From Candidatus Woesearchaeota archaeon (lineage in GTDB: Archaea > Nanobdellota > Nanobdellia > Woesearchaeales > GW2011-AR9), in the NCBI GenBank assembly GCA_018696595.1, contig JABHQW010000006.1:1-58232 (forward strand): a stretch of 58,232 nt of DNA, given 5' to 3'. Made by a program: the position numbers and the translations under genes. Shown here one piece after another: positions 37,785 to 46,513 of the stretch (its first letter is position 1; the number at the start of each line of letters is the position of its first letter). The notes below the pieces were generated by a model. The model worked only from the letters and a program-made list of their open reading frames with translations. It did no database searches and was not told the DNA's origin.

Positions 37785-38292
37785 AGCATTAGTAATTGAC
37801 CATTTAAAATTTAGTTATGAAGGGATATTTAATGCAACCGAATTCTATGCTTTGATCCCAGAATTCTTTTACAATAGAAATTGGGATTGGCACGAGAAAC
37901 TAAATGAAGAGATTATTACTCAGAAAGGTAAACAGATCAAATTAGTCTTTGAACCATGGAAAAGTGTCAGTGATTATTACAAAATGAATCTAAGGGTCCA
38001 AGTAATCATTTCAGATTTAAAAGATGTAGAAATAGAACACGATGGTGAACAATTAAGATTAAATCAGGGATTGATGAAAATAACAATTGATGGGTTCATT
38101 ATCAATGATCGAAACGGACTTTGGCACGTCAAAGACAAACCGTTTTATTGGTTCTTAACAGTAATATTTGATCGGTATTTATTCAAAAGAAATTTTGAGA
38201 AGTTTGAACGATGGGTCAAACATGATGTAGACGAATTGTTATATCAAATGAAAACTTTCCTTAATGTTTACAAATATTCAGAACACGTATAA
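37774..38292 (+). CDS. Conserved hypothetical protein, paralog 1
   Basis: Collinear similarity to the next ORF (Y.GIF, EK..EE, PwK/PfK, .G...i..D, W..Kp). Confidence 0.85.
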   Translation: MSDRALVIDHLKFSYEGIFNATEFYALIPEFFYNRNWDWHEKLNEEIITQKGKQIKLVFEPWKSVSDYYKMNLRVQVIISDLKDVEIEHDGEQLRLNQGLMKITIDGFIINDRNGLWHVKDKPFYWFLTVIFDRYLFKRNFEKFERWVKHDVDELLYQMKTFLNVYKYSEHV

Positions 38293-38294
38293 AA

Positions 38295-38909
38295 ATGATT
38301 AGTGAAATTAATTATGAAAAACTATTGCTGATTAATAATCGGCAATTAAAGTATAAAGGAATTTTTATAGCTAGTGAATTATTTAACGCAGTCAATAAAG
38401 CAATTGAAGAACAAGGGTATACAAAAAGAGAAAAGAAAAGTGAAGAAACAGTTACAAATGAAGGAAGAAGTACGTATATTGAGCTAAGACCCTTCAAGGA
38501 GATTACTAATTATTTAACTCTAATGATTAAAATTAAGATTCGCTTAGATGGGATCACAGAAACAACTGAAGAAGTAAAAAATGAGAAAAGAGTATTTCAA
38601 CAAGGAGACATTCTAGTTTCATTTGATGCTTGGTTAATGGCAGATTATAAAGACAGATGGGGAATGAAACCATTATTTTACTTTCTTAAAGGCATGGCCA
38701 ACAAATATTTAATTAAAGGGGACATAGAAGTCAATGCCCCAGGACAACTTGCCCAAGATACCGCAATAATTTATGCAAGGATCAAAACACAATTGAATTC
38801 TTATTTAGGCGCAGAAACAAAAGAAATTAAAGAAGAAGAGATTGTTAAACAAGTTGAATCTGAATTAAAAAAAGAAATGGAAAATGAAAAGAAGGTATTA
38901 GATTCTTAA
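38295..38909 (+). CDS. Conserved hypothetical protein, paralog 2
   Basis: Paralog of 37774-38292; 2-nt spacing. Confidence 0.85.
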   Translation: MISEINYEKLLLINNRQLKYKGIFIASELFNAVNKAIEEQGYTKREKKSEETVTNEGRSTYIELRPFKEITNYLTLMIKIKIRLDGITETTEEVKNEKRVFQQGDILVSFDAWLMADYKDRWGMKPLFYFLKGMANKYLIKGDIEVNAPGQLAQDTAIIYARIKTQLNSYLGAETKEIKEEEIVKQVESELKKEMENEKKVLDS

Positions 38910-40180
38910 TTTAATAATTCTCCCCTTAAATCATAAGTAGTAGTTTTCTTAACTTTAATGATTAGCACTTGACCAAGTTTATAATCTCCAGTAACTAAAG
39001 TGGGTTTGTAAGAATTATTTCTTCCAATCCATTGGTTTTCTTCTTTACCTTTTTCATCAATTAAAATTTCTCCTTCCCAATCCATCCAACGTTCATTTTG
39101 TAACCGGAATATATTTTGACAAATGTCTGTAACGATTTTTGACCGATGTTTAATTACTTCTGAAGGGAGTTGTTTCATCTTTGCTGCTTTTGTTTTCGGC
39201 CGAGCCCAGAACTTAGAAATGTTAATCACATCAAAAGACAATTCCCTAATAGTGTTTAAAGTTTCCCAGTTTTGTTCTTCTGTCTCCCCTGGAAAACCAA
39301 CAATAACATCAGTTGCAATTGTCATCCGGGGATATTTTAGTTTAATATCTTTCACTAATTGTTTATACTCCTCAACAGAATATTCTCGGTTCATCGCTTT
39401 AAGAACTTCATTGCTCCCAGATTGTAAAGGTAAATGTAAAAACTTGAAAATTTTATTTGATTTTAATAATTCTAAAAATTCATCTTTAAACTTTAATAAA
39501 TGATTGGGGTTCATCATTCCAATCCGAATCTTAAACTGACCAGGAAGAGCAATTAGTTCTTTCAATAAATGTACTAAGTTTGTATTAATATCAAAACCAT
39601 AACAACCAGTATCTTGAGAAGTTAGCCAAATTTCTTTAACATCATCTCTTAATGCTAAAAGAAACTCATTCTTGATTTCCTCAATTGAATAAGATTGTAA
39701 GTTTCCTCTTGCCGCTTTAGTTTTACAAAAAGTACATGCACCTAAACAGCCCCTAGAGATCGGAATGATCTCAATCACCGGGTTTTTCCTAACTCTTGGC
39801 AAATTAAGAGGAGGCATTTCATTAGTGTCTAACATCTGAATAACATTATCATTAAGTGCTTCTTCTACAACTTCAACAATGTTATGGATCTGTTTAGTTC
39901 CCACTAAAGGATACTTTTTTATTTTTTGAGGGTCAGTTTGAGCAATACAACCAGCCACAATAACAATTTTGTAAGGATATTGTTCTTTAATTTCTTTTAA
40001 CCTTCTATGAAAAGCATTCTCACTTTTTGTTTTAACTGTACAAGTGTTTAAAATAACCACATCTGCTTCTTCGATTTCGTTAATTATTTCAAACTTGGCT
40101 TGTTTTAATAGTCCGGCCATCTGTTCTGAATCAGCAAAGTTATGTGAGCATCCTTGCGTTTCAATGTAGATTTTAGTCAT
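38906..40180 (-). CDS. mtaB: tRNA t6A37 methylthiotransferase (MtaB/e-MtaB, MiaB-like radical SAM)
   Basis: ETQGCSHN, LNTCTVK, VAGC, CLGACTFC, TDVIVGFPGET, C-terminal TRAM domain. Confidence 0.9.
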   Translation of the reverse strand: MTKIYIETQGCSHNFADSEQMAGLLKQAKFEIINEIEEADVVILNTCTVKTKSENAFHRRLKEIKEQYPYKIVIVAGCIAQTDPQKIKKYPLVGTKQIHNIVEVVEEALNDNVIQMLDTNEMPPLNLPRVRKNPVIEIIPISRGCLGACTFCKTKAARGNLQSYSIEEIKNEFLLALRDDVKEIWLTSQDTGCYGFDINTNLVHLLKELIALPGQFKIRIGMMNPNHLLKFKDEFLELLKSNKIFKFLHLPLQSGSNEVLKAMNREYSVEEYKQLVKDIKLKYPRMTIATDVIVGFPGETEEQNWETLNTIRELSFDVINISKFWARPKTKAAKMKQLPSEVIKHRSKIVTDICQNIFRLQNERWMDWEGEILIDEKGKEENQWIGRNNSYKPTLVTGDYKLGQVLIIKVKKTTTYDLRGELLN

Positions 40181-40222
40181 TTTGTATTCGGAGAGAATTG
40201 GCTTTAAAAATGTTTGGGATAA

Positions 40223-42127
40223 TTAGAACCCTAATCTGTCAAGAATAACTTTCTTATCAAACTCCTCTAGGTCTTTATACTCTTGACCCATTCCTAAAAA
40301 TAAAATTGGTTTCTTGATAGTGTATGCAATACTTAATGGAGCACCGCCTTTCTCATCAATGTCTGCTTTAGTTAATACAGCGCCATCCATTTCAACTAAT
40401 TCATTGAATTTTCTTGCCTGCTCAATACAATCATTCCCCGTAATAGATTCCCCGACAAAGATTTTTAGGTCAGGATTAGTTACTCGAATAATCTTTTCCA
40501 ATTCAGCCATTAAGTTAGTATTGGAATGTAAACGTCCAGCAGTATCAATTAAAACCACATCAATACCTTTCTTTTCTGCATACTTAACAGCATCAAAAGC
40601 AACTGCTGCGGCATCTGAACCATAATCGTGCTTAATCATCTTTACTTCTAACTTGTTAGCATGTTCTTCTAACTGTTGAATTGCTGCTGCTCTAAAAGTA
40701 TCGCAAGCTGCAAGAACTACAGACAAATTGTTTTCTTTAAAGTAATTAGCTAATTTAGCAATAGAAGTTGTTTTCCCTGTACCATTAATTCCAAAGAAAG
40801 TGATAATAAGTGGTTTTTTTCCTTTAGCTTTCTCTAAAAGATCAATTTTGTCAAATGTAAGGATTTCGTTTAAAGTCTTGCTTAAAGTTTCTTCAATTTT
40901 TTTCGGAACGTCTCTAGGCAGAGGCTTGTCAACCAATTCTTTACTTAAGTCTTCCTTAATCTTTTCAATAACTTCTACAGAAACATTGTTCTCTAATAAT
41001 GCCATTTCTAATTCCCAGAACAAAGTTTCAAATTTCTCTGCAGAGATTGTTTTTGTGGTTAATGTTTGTTTGACTTTACCGAAGAAACCTTTCTTCTCTG
41101 GTTCTTTAAGTTCTTCAGTTTTAGGTTCTTCTTCAACAATAGTTTCTTTTGTTTCAGATTCCTTTTCTTCTTCTGGTTTTAATTCTTCAACTTTTTCTTC
41201 AATAACTATTTCTTTCTCAGTTTCTTTAACTTTAGATTCTTCAGGAGTTTCTTCAATAACTTTTTCTTTTCGCTTAAACAAACCAAATAACTTTTTTTCT
41301 TTTTTAGGTTCTTCTTCAGTTGGTGGAATCTTGATCTCCTTTGTTTCTTCTGTTACTTTTGGAGTTGTTCCCTCAGATTCTTCTTTCTTTTCTTCTACAA
41401 CTGGCTCTTTAATCTTTTCTTCTTCAATAATTAGTTTAGGTTCTTCTTTTTCTTCTTCAGCAACTTCTTCCAATAATTCTGTCGCGGTAGGTTGTCTTTC
41501 CGCTTCCTTGATTCTTTCTTGTTCTTCTTGAGGTAATTCTTCAACAGCAAACTTTTCTTTAGTCGCTTCAATGAGTGATTCCGCAGAAGGGATCTCTCTA
41601 TTATCGGACTCTTCGGGGATCGGAACAAATTCTCCCTCTTCTTTTTTATTAGTTTCTTCAATAAGTTTATCTGCTTTCTCAAGTTCTTCTTCTGTAATTT
41701 CTGGAGCGGGTTCTTCAGGCAGAATTTTTTTTTCTTCTTCAGCAGGTTTCTCTTCAACAATAGGTTTTTCTTCAGTAACTTCTGGTTCTTCTTTAGCTTC
41801 TTTCTCTTCAATAACTTCTTTTTCTTCAGCAACTTCTTCTTTATTAGCTTCTTCAATAAGTTTGTCTGCTTTCTCAAGTTCTTCTTCTGTAATTTCTTCT
41901 CCTCTTTTAGGTAGAACTTCTTTCTCTTCAATAACTTCTTCAGCTGGTTCTTCTTTAGCTTCTTCCTTCTCTTCTTTAATTTCTTCTTTAGGTTCCTCAG
42001 CAACTTCTTCAACAGACTCTTCTACTTCTTTCTCAACAATCTCTTCCTTAACTTCAGCCTCTTCTTCAGCTTTCTTAGAAAAAACGTTCATTGCTCCCTT
42101 AAGCTTGTCTTTAAGTTTGCCGAACAT
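40223..42127 (-). CDS. ftsY: SRP receptor FtsY with a very long acidic N-terminal region
   Basis: GINGTGKTT, DTFRAAA, DTAGR, TKAD, GMGQEYKDL. Confidence 0.97.
   Translation of the reverse strand: MFGKLKDKLKGAMNVFSKKAEEEAEVKEEIVEKEVEESVEEVAEEPKEEIKEEKEEAKEEPAEEVIEEKEVLPKRGEEITEEELEKADKLIEEANKEEVAEEKEVIEEKEAKEEPEVTEEKPIVEEKPAEEEKKILPEEPAPEITEEELEKADKLIEETNKKEEGEFVPIPEESDNREIPSAESLIEATKEKFAVEELPQEEQERIKEAERQPTATELLEEVAEEEKEEPKLIIEEEKIKEPVVEEKKEESEGTTPKVTEETKEIKIPPTEEEPKKEKKLFGLFKRKEKVIEETPEESKVKETEKEIVIEEKVEELKPEEEKESETKETIVEEEPKTEELKEPEKKGFFGKVKQTLTTKTISAEKFETLFWELEMALLENNVSVEVIEKIKEDLSKELVDKPLPRDVPKKIEETLSKTLNEILTFDKIDLLEKAKGKKPLIITFFGINGTGKTTSIAKLANYFKENNLSVVLAACDTFRAAAIQQLEEHANKLEVKMIKHDYGSDAAAVAFDAVKYAEKKGIDVVLIDTAGRLHSNTNLMAELEKIIRVTNPDLKIFVGESITGNDCIEQARKFNELVEMDGAVLTKADIDEKGGAPLSIAYTIKKPILFLGMGQEYKDLEEFDKKVILDRLGF
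41645..41897 (-). repeat. 58-bp direct repeat, 2 mismatches (EITEEELEKADKLIEExNK), copies 41645-41702 and 41840-41897
   Basis: Direct comparison; offset 195 bp, in frame. Confidence 0.9.
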
Positions 42128-42132
42128 TTTAA

Positions 42133-42540
42133 TTATTGAACCTCTTCTTCAACTTCTTTAAAAAGTTTCATTGCTTCAGAATTCATCTTCATCATCATTG
42201 AATCAGTTTCAATAATTCTTCCCATGATGTCTTTCTTCTGCTCCTCTAATAACTCAACCACTTCAGGAATAGTTTTCTCAACAGTAGTATTCATTCCCAC
42301 ATTAACTACTAACTTCTGATTCTCTTTTAGTTCTCCTTTAATGAAAATACCATTAGCGACAGGAGCCAAGAATTCATTATCTAGTTTCGTCTTAGCAATT
42401 TCTTTAACTGCTTCGATAGAAATGTCTAATTCACTACTCTGTTCGTTAAGCATTCCTAAATGTTGATTAACTTCTTCCAGCTGTTGTTGAATCATCTGGA
42501 ATTGCATGTACTTTTGTTGTATTTGTTCTTCGTTCGTCAT
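42133..42540 (-). CDS. pfdA: Prefoldin subunit alpha
   Basis: EFLAPVANGIFIKG...LVVNVGMNTTVEK; adjacent to ftsY as is usual in archaea. Confidence 0.95.
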   Translation of the reverse strand: MTNEEQIQQKYMQFQMIQQQLEEVNQHLGMLNEQSSELDISIEAVKEIAKTKLDNEFLAPVANGIFIKGELKENQKLVVNVGMNTTVEKTIPEVVELLEEQKKDIMGRIIETDSMMMKMNSEAMKLFKEVEEEVQ

Positions 42541-42548
42541 TTTTCAGA

Positions 42549-42755
42549 TTAAAGTTTTTGTTTTAGTGCAATTAAAAATTCTTGGTAAGCTTTCTCTGCT
42601 TTTAGAAACTTCATGTCCCCGGATTCTAATCGAGAGATACCACTTAAGAAAGGAGAGTTAATAATCATAACTTCTTCTCCATCTTTCTCTAAATTATCCA
42701 GTTCTTTTTCTACCAAAATCCTTAAAACAGCCATATCTTCGTTTGTTAATGTCAT
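42549..42755 (-). CDS. Small hypothetical protein
   Basis: 68 aa, 8 nt upstream of pfdA on the same strand. Confidence 0.7.
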   Translation of the reverse strand: MTLTNEDMAVLRILVEKELDNLEKDGEEVMIINSPFLSGISRLESGDMKFLKAEKAYQEFLIALKQKL

Positions 42756-42824
42756 AGAAGTCTAAATAACTGATTCCTTTTATAATCTTTTTGGAAATTA
42801 TAAATTAGTGCTATAACCAATTAA

Positions 42825-43208
42825 TTATCGATACTTAGAATCTAACATCTCTGTCAATGCATTAGTAGCTTTTTGTCGGTTAAAATATTGAGAAAATCCT
42901 TCTCTTCCAAAATTGTCTTTCTCCAAGTGATTAACAAGAGCATCAACCGTTCCTTCAATATCTCCAGTAACTAAAACTTGATGACTCCTTCCTATACTAT
43001 AACTCGCAATAGGATCTGGGCCCAACCTTGGGGGAATTGTTGAAATATCTCTTTCATATACATCCATACCTAAAGCAGAATAATGTACAAGCCCTTCCAA
43101 TGGATTAACACAATAGCTTAAAGTAACTAAATGTCCAGTATCTGCAACATAAGCTGCAAAATCATCTGCCTTCAACTCTTTTTTAGAATTATCAATCTCG
43201 TCGTTCAT
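42825..43208 (-). CDS. Hypothetical protein
   Basis: ORF track start is TTG 43223; ATG 43208 preferred because GGAGGT lies just upstream of it. Confidence 0.7.
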   Translation of the reverse strand: MNDEIDNSKKELKADDFAAYVADTGHLVTLSYCVNPLEGLVHYSALGMDVYERDISTIPPRLGPDPIASYSIGRSHQVLVTGDIEGTVDALVNHLEKDNFGREGFSQYFNRQKATNALTEMLDSKYR

Positions 43209-43361
43209 TTTAATAACCTCCAAATCTATCTACCTCAATCAAAGTTAACAATAGTTAATTATTATAAAGGTATTGGAGAACATTGTTTTTTTCTATTAAA
43301 AACACACTACTGTACCAAAAATAGCCATAAATTTTTAAATCCCCCCAAGAAATAACAACAT

Positions 43362-44297
43362 ATGCTTACAGAACAACAAAAAGAACGCCTGTACAAACAA
43401 CAGTATAGACTAGTAGGAGATCATTCAGCCGTAAAGATTTGTTTTTGGACAAAAGAATGTGTAAGAGAAAAAAATAAAGTTTGTTACAAAGAACATTTCT
43501 ACAATATTCATTGCGGAAATTGTTTAGAAATGTCTCCAGCTATTACTTGTAACCATAGATGTTTACATTGCTGGCGAGACACATCCGTATTTTCAAAAAA
43601 TTGGCAAGGGGAAGCAGATGATCCAAAAGAGATCATCCAAGGTTGTATTGAAGCTCGGAAAAAATTAATGATTGGTTTCAAGGGTCATGAGAATGTAGAT
43701 TTAAAGAAGTTTGAGAATTATGTGATTCCTGACCATGCCGCTATTTCGTTAACAGGAGAACCTTGTTTGTATCCAAAATTACATTTATTAATTGATTCGT
43801 TCTTTGACGATTTTAATTTTAGAACAGTATTTTTGGTAACTAACGGAACCGTTCCAGAAATGCTAAAAAAGTTTGGAACAGAAAGTAAACATTTTCCAAC
43901 AAATCTTTATATGTCCTTAGAGGCATTTGATCAAGAGTCATACCAAAAATTCAATAACCCTGTAGATCCAGAAACTTGGAACAAAGTTCAAGAGAGTATG
44001 AAATATTTGTCAACTGTTAAAAATAAAACAAAAACAATTCTTAGAATTACTGCAGTCAAGGATTTCAATATGGACAAAGCGAAAGAGTTTGTTAAATATA
44101 TTGAATTAATGCAACCGACGCACATTGAGATTAAAGGATATGGTTTTCTTGGCTATTCTCGTAAGAGATTGAAAGAAGAGAACGTTCCTGAATGGGAAGA
44201 AGTAAAAGAGTTTTCTAAAGAACTGACTAAATTAACTGGATACAAAGTTACTGAGGAACATGAACCAAGTACGGTTATTCAGTTAAGTTTAAAATAA
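43362..44297 (+). CDS. tyw1: 4-demethylwyosine synthase Tyw1/Taw1 (radical SAM)
   Basis: HSAVKIC.WTK, CYKEHFY, CNHRCLHCWR, HAAISLTGEP, FLVTNGT. Confidence 0.93.
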   Translation: MLTEQQKERLYKQQYRLVGDHSAVKICFWTKECVREKNKVCYKEHFYNIHCGNCLEMSPAITCNHRCLHCWRDTSVFSKNWQGEADDPKEIIQGCIEARKKLMIGFKGHENVDLKKFENYVIPDHAAISLTGEPCLYPKLHLLIDSFFDDFNFRTVFLVTNGTVPEMLKKFGTESKHFPTNLYMSLEAFDQESYQKFNNPVDPETWNKVQESMKYLSTVKNKTKTILRITAVKDFNMDKAKEFVKYIELMQPTHIEIKGYGFLGYSRKRLKEENVPEWEEVKEFSKELTKLTGYKVTEEHEPSTVIQLSLK

Positions 44298-44318
44298 ACA
44301 AATCATTTATTAACTAAA

Positions 44319-44774
44319 ATGGCACATGACACAGATCAAAAACATGGACTTTACTTCGAATCAATTCTTCAACTTAGAGATGTTGATAAAGAGGTAATAG
44401 ATTTTACAGAAGATGAAATCTTTAGAGTTAAGTTAAAAATAGCTAAGACTGTGGCATTGAAAAACGGAATTGATTATTACTTATCAGATAATTCTTTAAC
44501 AAGAGCGTTAGGAAAAAGATTGAAAGATAAATTTGGTGGAGATATAAAAGTAACCTCCAGTTTATGGGGAGTTAAGAAAGATCGAGAAGTTTATCGAGTA
44601 ACAGTCTTATTTAGAGGAGTTCCATTCAAAAAGAATGAGATTGTAACTTACGATGGAGAAGATTACAAAGTTGTTTCTTTAAGTAAAGATATTTTCTTAC
44701 AAGCGGTTAAGCATGGTAAGAAAGTTCATATCAGATATCACAGAATGAATCAAATTCGGAAAAAAGTAGATTAA
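44319..44774 (+). CDS. NMD3-related protein (short form)
   Basis: YFESILQLR, KNGIDYYL, KFGG.IK.TSSL.G.KK...YRVTVLFR. Confidence 0.8.
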   Translation: MAHDTDQKHGLYFESILQLRDVDKEVIDFTEDEIFRVKLKIAKTVALKNGIDYYLSDNSLTRALGKRLKDKFGGDIKVTSSLWGVKKDREVYRVTVLFRGVPFKKNEIVTYDGEDYKVVSLSKDIFLQAVKHGKKVHIRYHRMNQIRKKVD

Positions 44775-45733
44775 CTTTTACCCAACTTCTTCTTCAACAA
44801 AGCCAATTTATTTTCCATAGAAGTTTCCCCAATCTTAACCAATTCGTCAACTTTGCCAAAATCTCCCCAACCTAAATGTCTGAAACTAGGAATTACTTTA
44901 ACATCTACCCGAGAATGCCTTAATCTTTCCCTAGCCAGATTCTCAAAAAGAACACTCATTGTTTCATCCATAACCTTAGCAATGGTTGGCAATTCTTTTC
45001 CAGCCATGATTCTTAAAATTTTTGCAGGATAAAGAAGTTTGTCGAAAATCAAATATAAGATTTTCTTAAAAAACTTTGGCCACCTAGTGGGAATAATGTA
45101 ATTCTTGATATTAAGCAACTCTTCTGCAATAAATATTTTTCTCAGTTCTGTAAGAAACGTAGTTTCCTTCACTATGGGCCCTTCAATAACTTTTTTCTTA
45201 CCAGAATAAAGATCCACTGCAATAACCAAATCTGCCCCCATATGCTTAACAACATTAAAAGGAGTAGGATCAGTTACTGCACCATCAATAAAACGATCAG
45301 CCCCAATTTTCAAAGGAGCAAAGATTCCTGGAACAGACATAGAAGCTCTTACTGCTTTAGCAACATTTCCTTCAGAGATAACGGCCTTTTCATGTTTATC
45401 CAGATTATAAGAAACAACCCTTAAAGGGATAGACAAATCGGAAAATTCTTTATTAGAAACTAACTTTCTAATTTTATTCTCAATCATCCGGCCTTCAATC
45501 AGACCTGCTTTAGGGATAGTAAAGTCGACCATCTTTTTCCATTTAGTAGTTTTGGCAATCTCTTCAATTTCATCAGGAGAATGACCCGCCGCGTATAAAG
45601 AACCAATAACTGCACCAATAGAAGTTCCAGCAATATAATCAGGATAAATTTTATGTTTGTGTAAAACTTTAAGAACACCAATGTGGGCCAAACCTCTAGC
45701 AGAACCACCACCAAGAGCCAATCCTATCTTCAA
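44771..45733 (-). CDS. Patatin-like phospholipase (RssA/NTE family)
   Basis: GGGSARG, GTSIG, ASMSVPGIF, IDGA. Confidence 0.95.
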   Translation of the reverse strand: MKIGLALGGGSARGLAHIGVLKVLHKHKIYPDYIAGTSIGAVIGSLYAAGHSPDEIEEIAKTTKWKKMVDFTIPKAGLIEGRMIENKIRKLVSNKEFSDLSIPLRVVSYNLDKHEKAVISEGNVAKAVRASMSVPGIFAPLKIGADRFIDGAVTDPTPFNVVKHMGADLVIAVDLYSGKKKVIEGPIVKETTFLTELRKIFIAEELLNIKNYIIPTRWPKFFKKILYLIFDKLLYPAKILRIMAGKELPTIAKVMDETMSVLFENLARERLRHSRVDVKVIPSFRHLGWGDFGKVDELVKIGETSMENKLALLKKKLGKS

Positions 45734-45861
45734 AGAATTCTTTTTCCGTCTTACTTGTTTCTTTTTTATTTTACTTCCCTCTTTTTAATCAAGCAATATT
45801 TCAAGCTATAAAACCTTTTTGGTTAAGTAACCTTATCAACAGAAACAATTTGCTTATAATT

Positions 45862-46416
45862 TTATTGCCCTAACTTGTAAATTAATTTATTCGTTGTAAT
45901 TAATGAACCAATCATTAACTTGAAAGCATCACAGGTATTTTTATGCCAATCTTTATCAACCAATGAAATTTTAGGTCCTCCGGCTGCATCTGTTACTAAG
46001 TATGGTTGAATATGTCTATATGCTGCATCCACAGCAGAAAAAGTAACACAACATCCTGAAAAAACCCCAGTAAAATACAATTTATCAATTTTATTTCTTT
46101 TACAATATTTCTCAAAATCAGTATCATAAAATAAACTATATTCATGCTTTTTCACAATTTTATCATACTTAAACCCAGATAATTCTTTGATTAATTTTCT
46201 TCCCGAAGGGTCATCTTTAAATTCTTCTCCCCATAACTTAATCATCACTGGGTTTTTTATTGAATAATTAAAATCAGGAACAGAAATAATAACTTTCTTT
46301 TTTCTTTTCTTAAATTCTTTAACCAATTTAATAATATTCTTAATTATTTTTTTAGGGTTCTGTGTGTCTTTCATATATCCTTCCAACATATCAATAACAA
46401 TCAATGCTTCAACCAT
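45862..46416 (-). CDS. Isochorismatase-family cysteine hydrolase
   Basis: LIVIDM, KKHEYSLF, TGVFSGCCV. Start moved to ATG 46416, 22 nt from TATA 46439-46446. Confidence 0.9.
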   Translation of the reverse strand: MVEALIVIDMLEGYMKDTQNPKKIIKNIIKLVKEFKKRKKKVIISVPDFNYSIKNPVMIKLWGEEFKDDPSGRKLIKELSGFKYDKIVKKHEYSLFYDTDFEKYCKRNKIDKLYFTGVFSGCCVTFSAVDAAYRHIQPYLVTDAAGGPKISLVDKDWHKNTCDAFKLMIGSLITTNKLIYKLGQ

Positions 46417-46513
46417 AAATAGAAACAAAATAAACACCTATTTAAATTATTCGGACAACAACAATCCTACAAAACAACAAACTTTAATAATAAACCACCC
46501 CATTCATTAAACT

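Noticed and set aside
40314-42161. Long alternative-frame ORFs over ftsY (40314-40625, 40800-41531, 41431-42012, 41571-42161)
   Set aside because: Ser/Phe-rich or Lys/Leu-rich shadows of the low-complexity GAA/AAA codon run; no independent start signals.
2158-43208. YSIGRS hexapeptide shared by the hypotheticals at 2158-2448 and 42825-43208
   Set aside because: No similarity outside six residues; likely chance.
45734-45784. Upstream in-frame extension of the patatin gene with a possible ATA start at 45769
   Set aside because: An SD-like GAGGGA is present, but TTG versus ATA cannot be decided from sequence alone.
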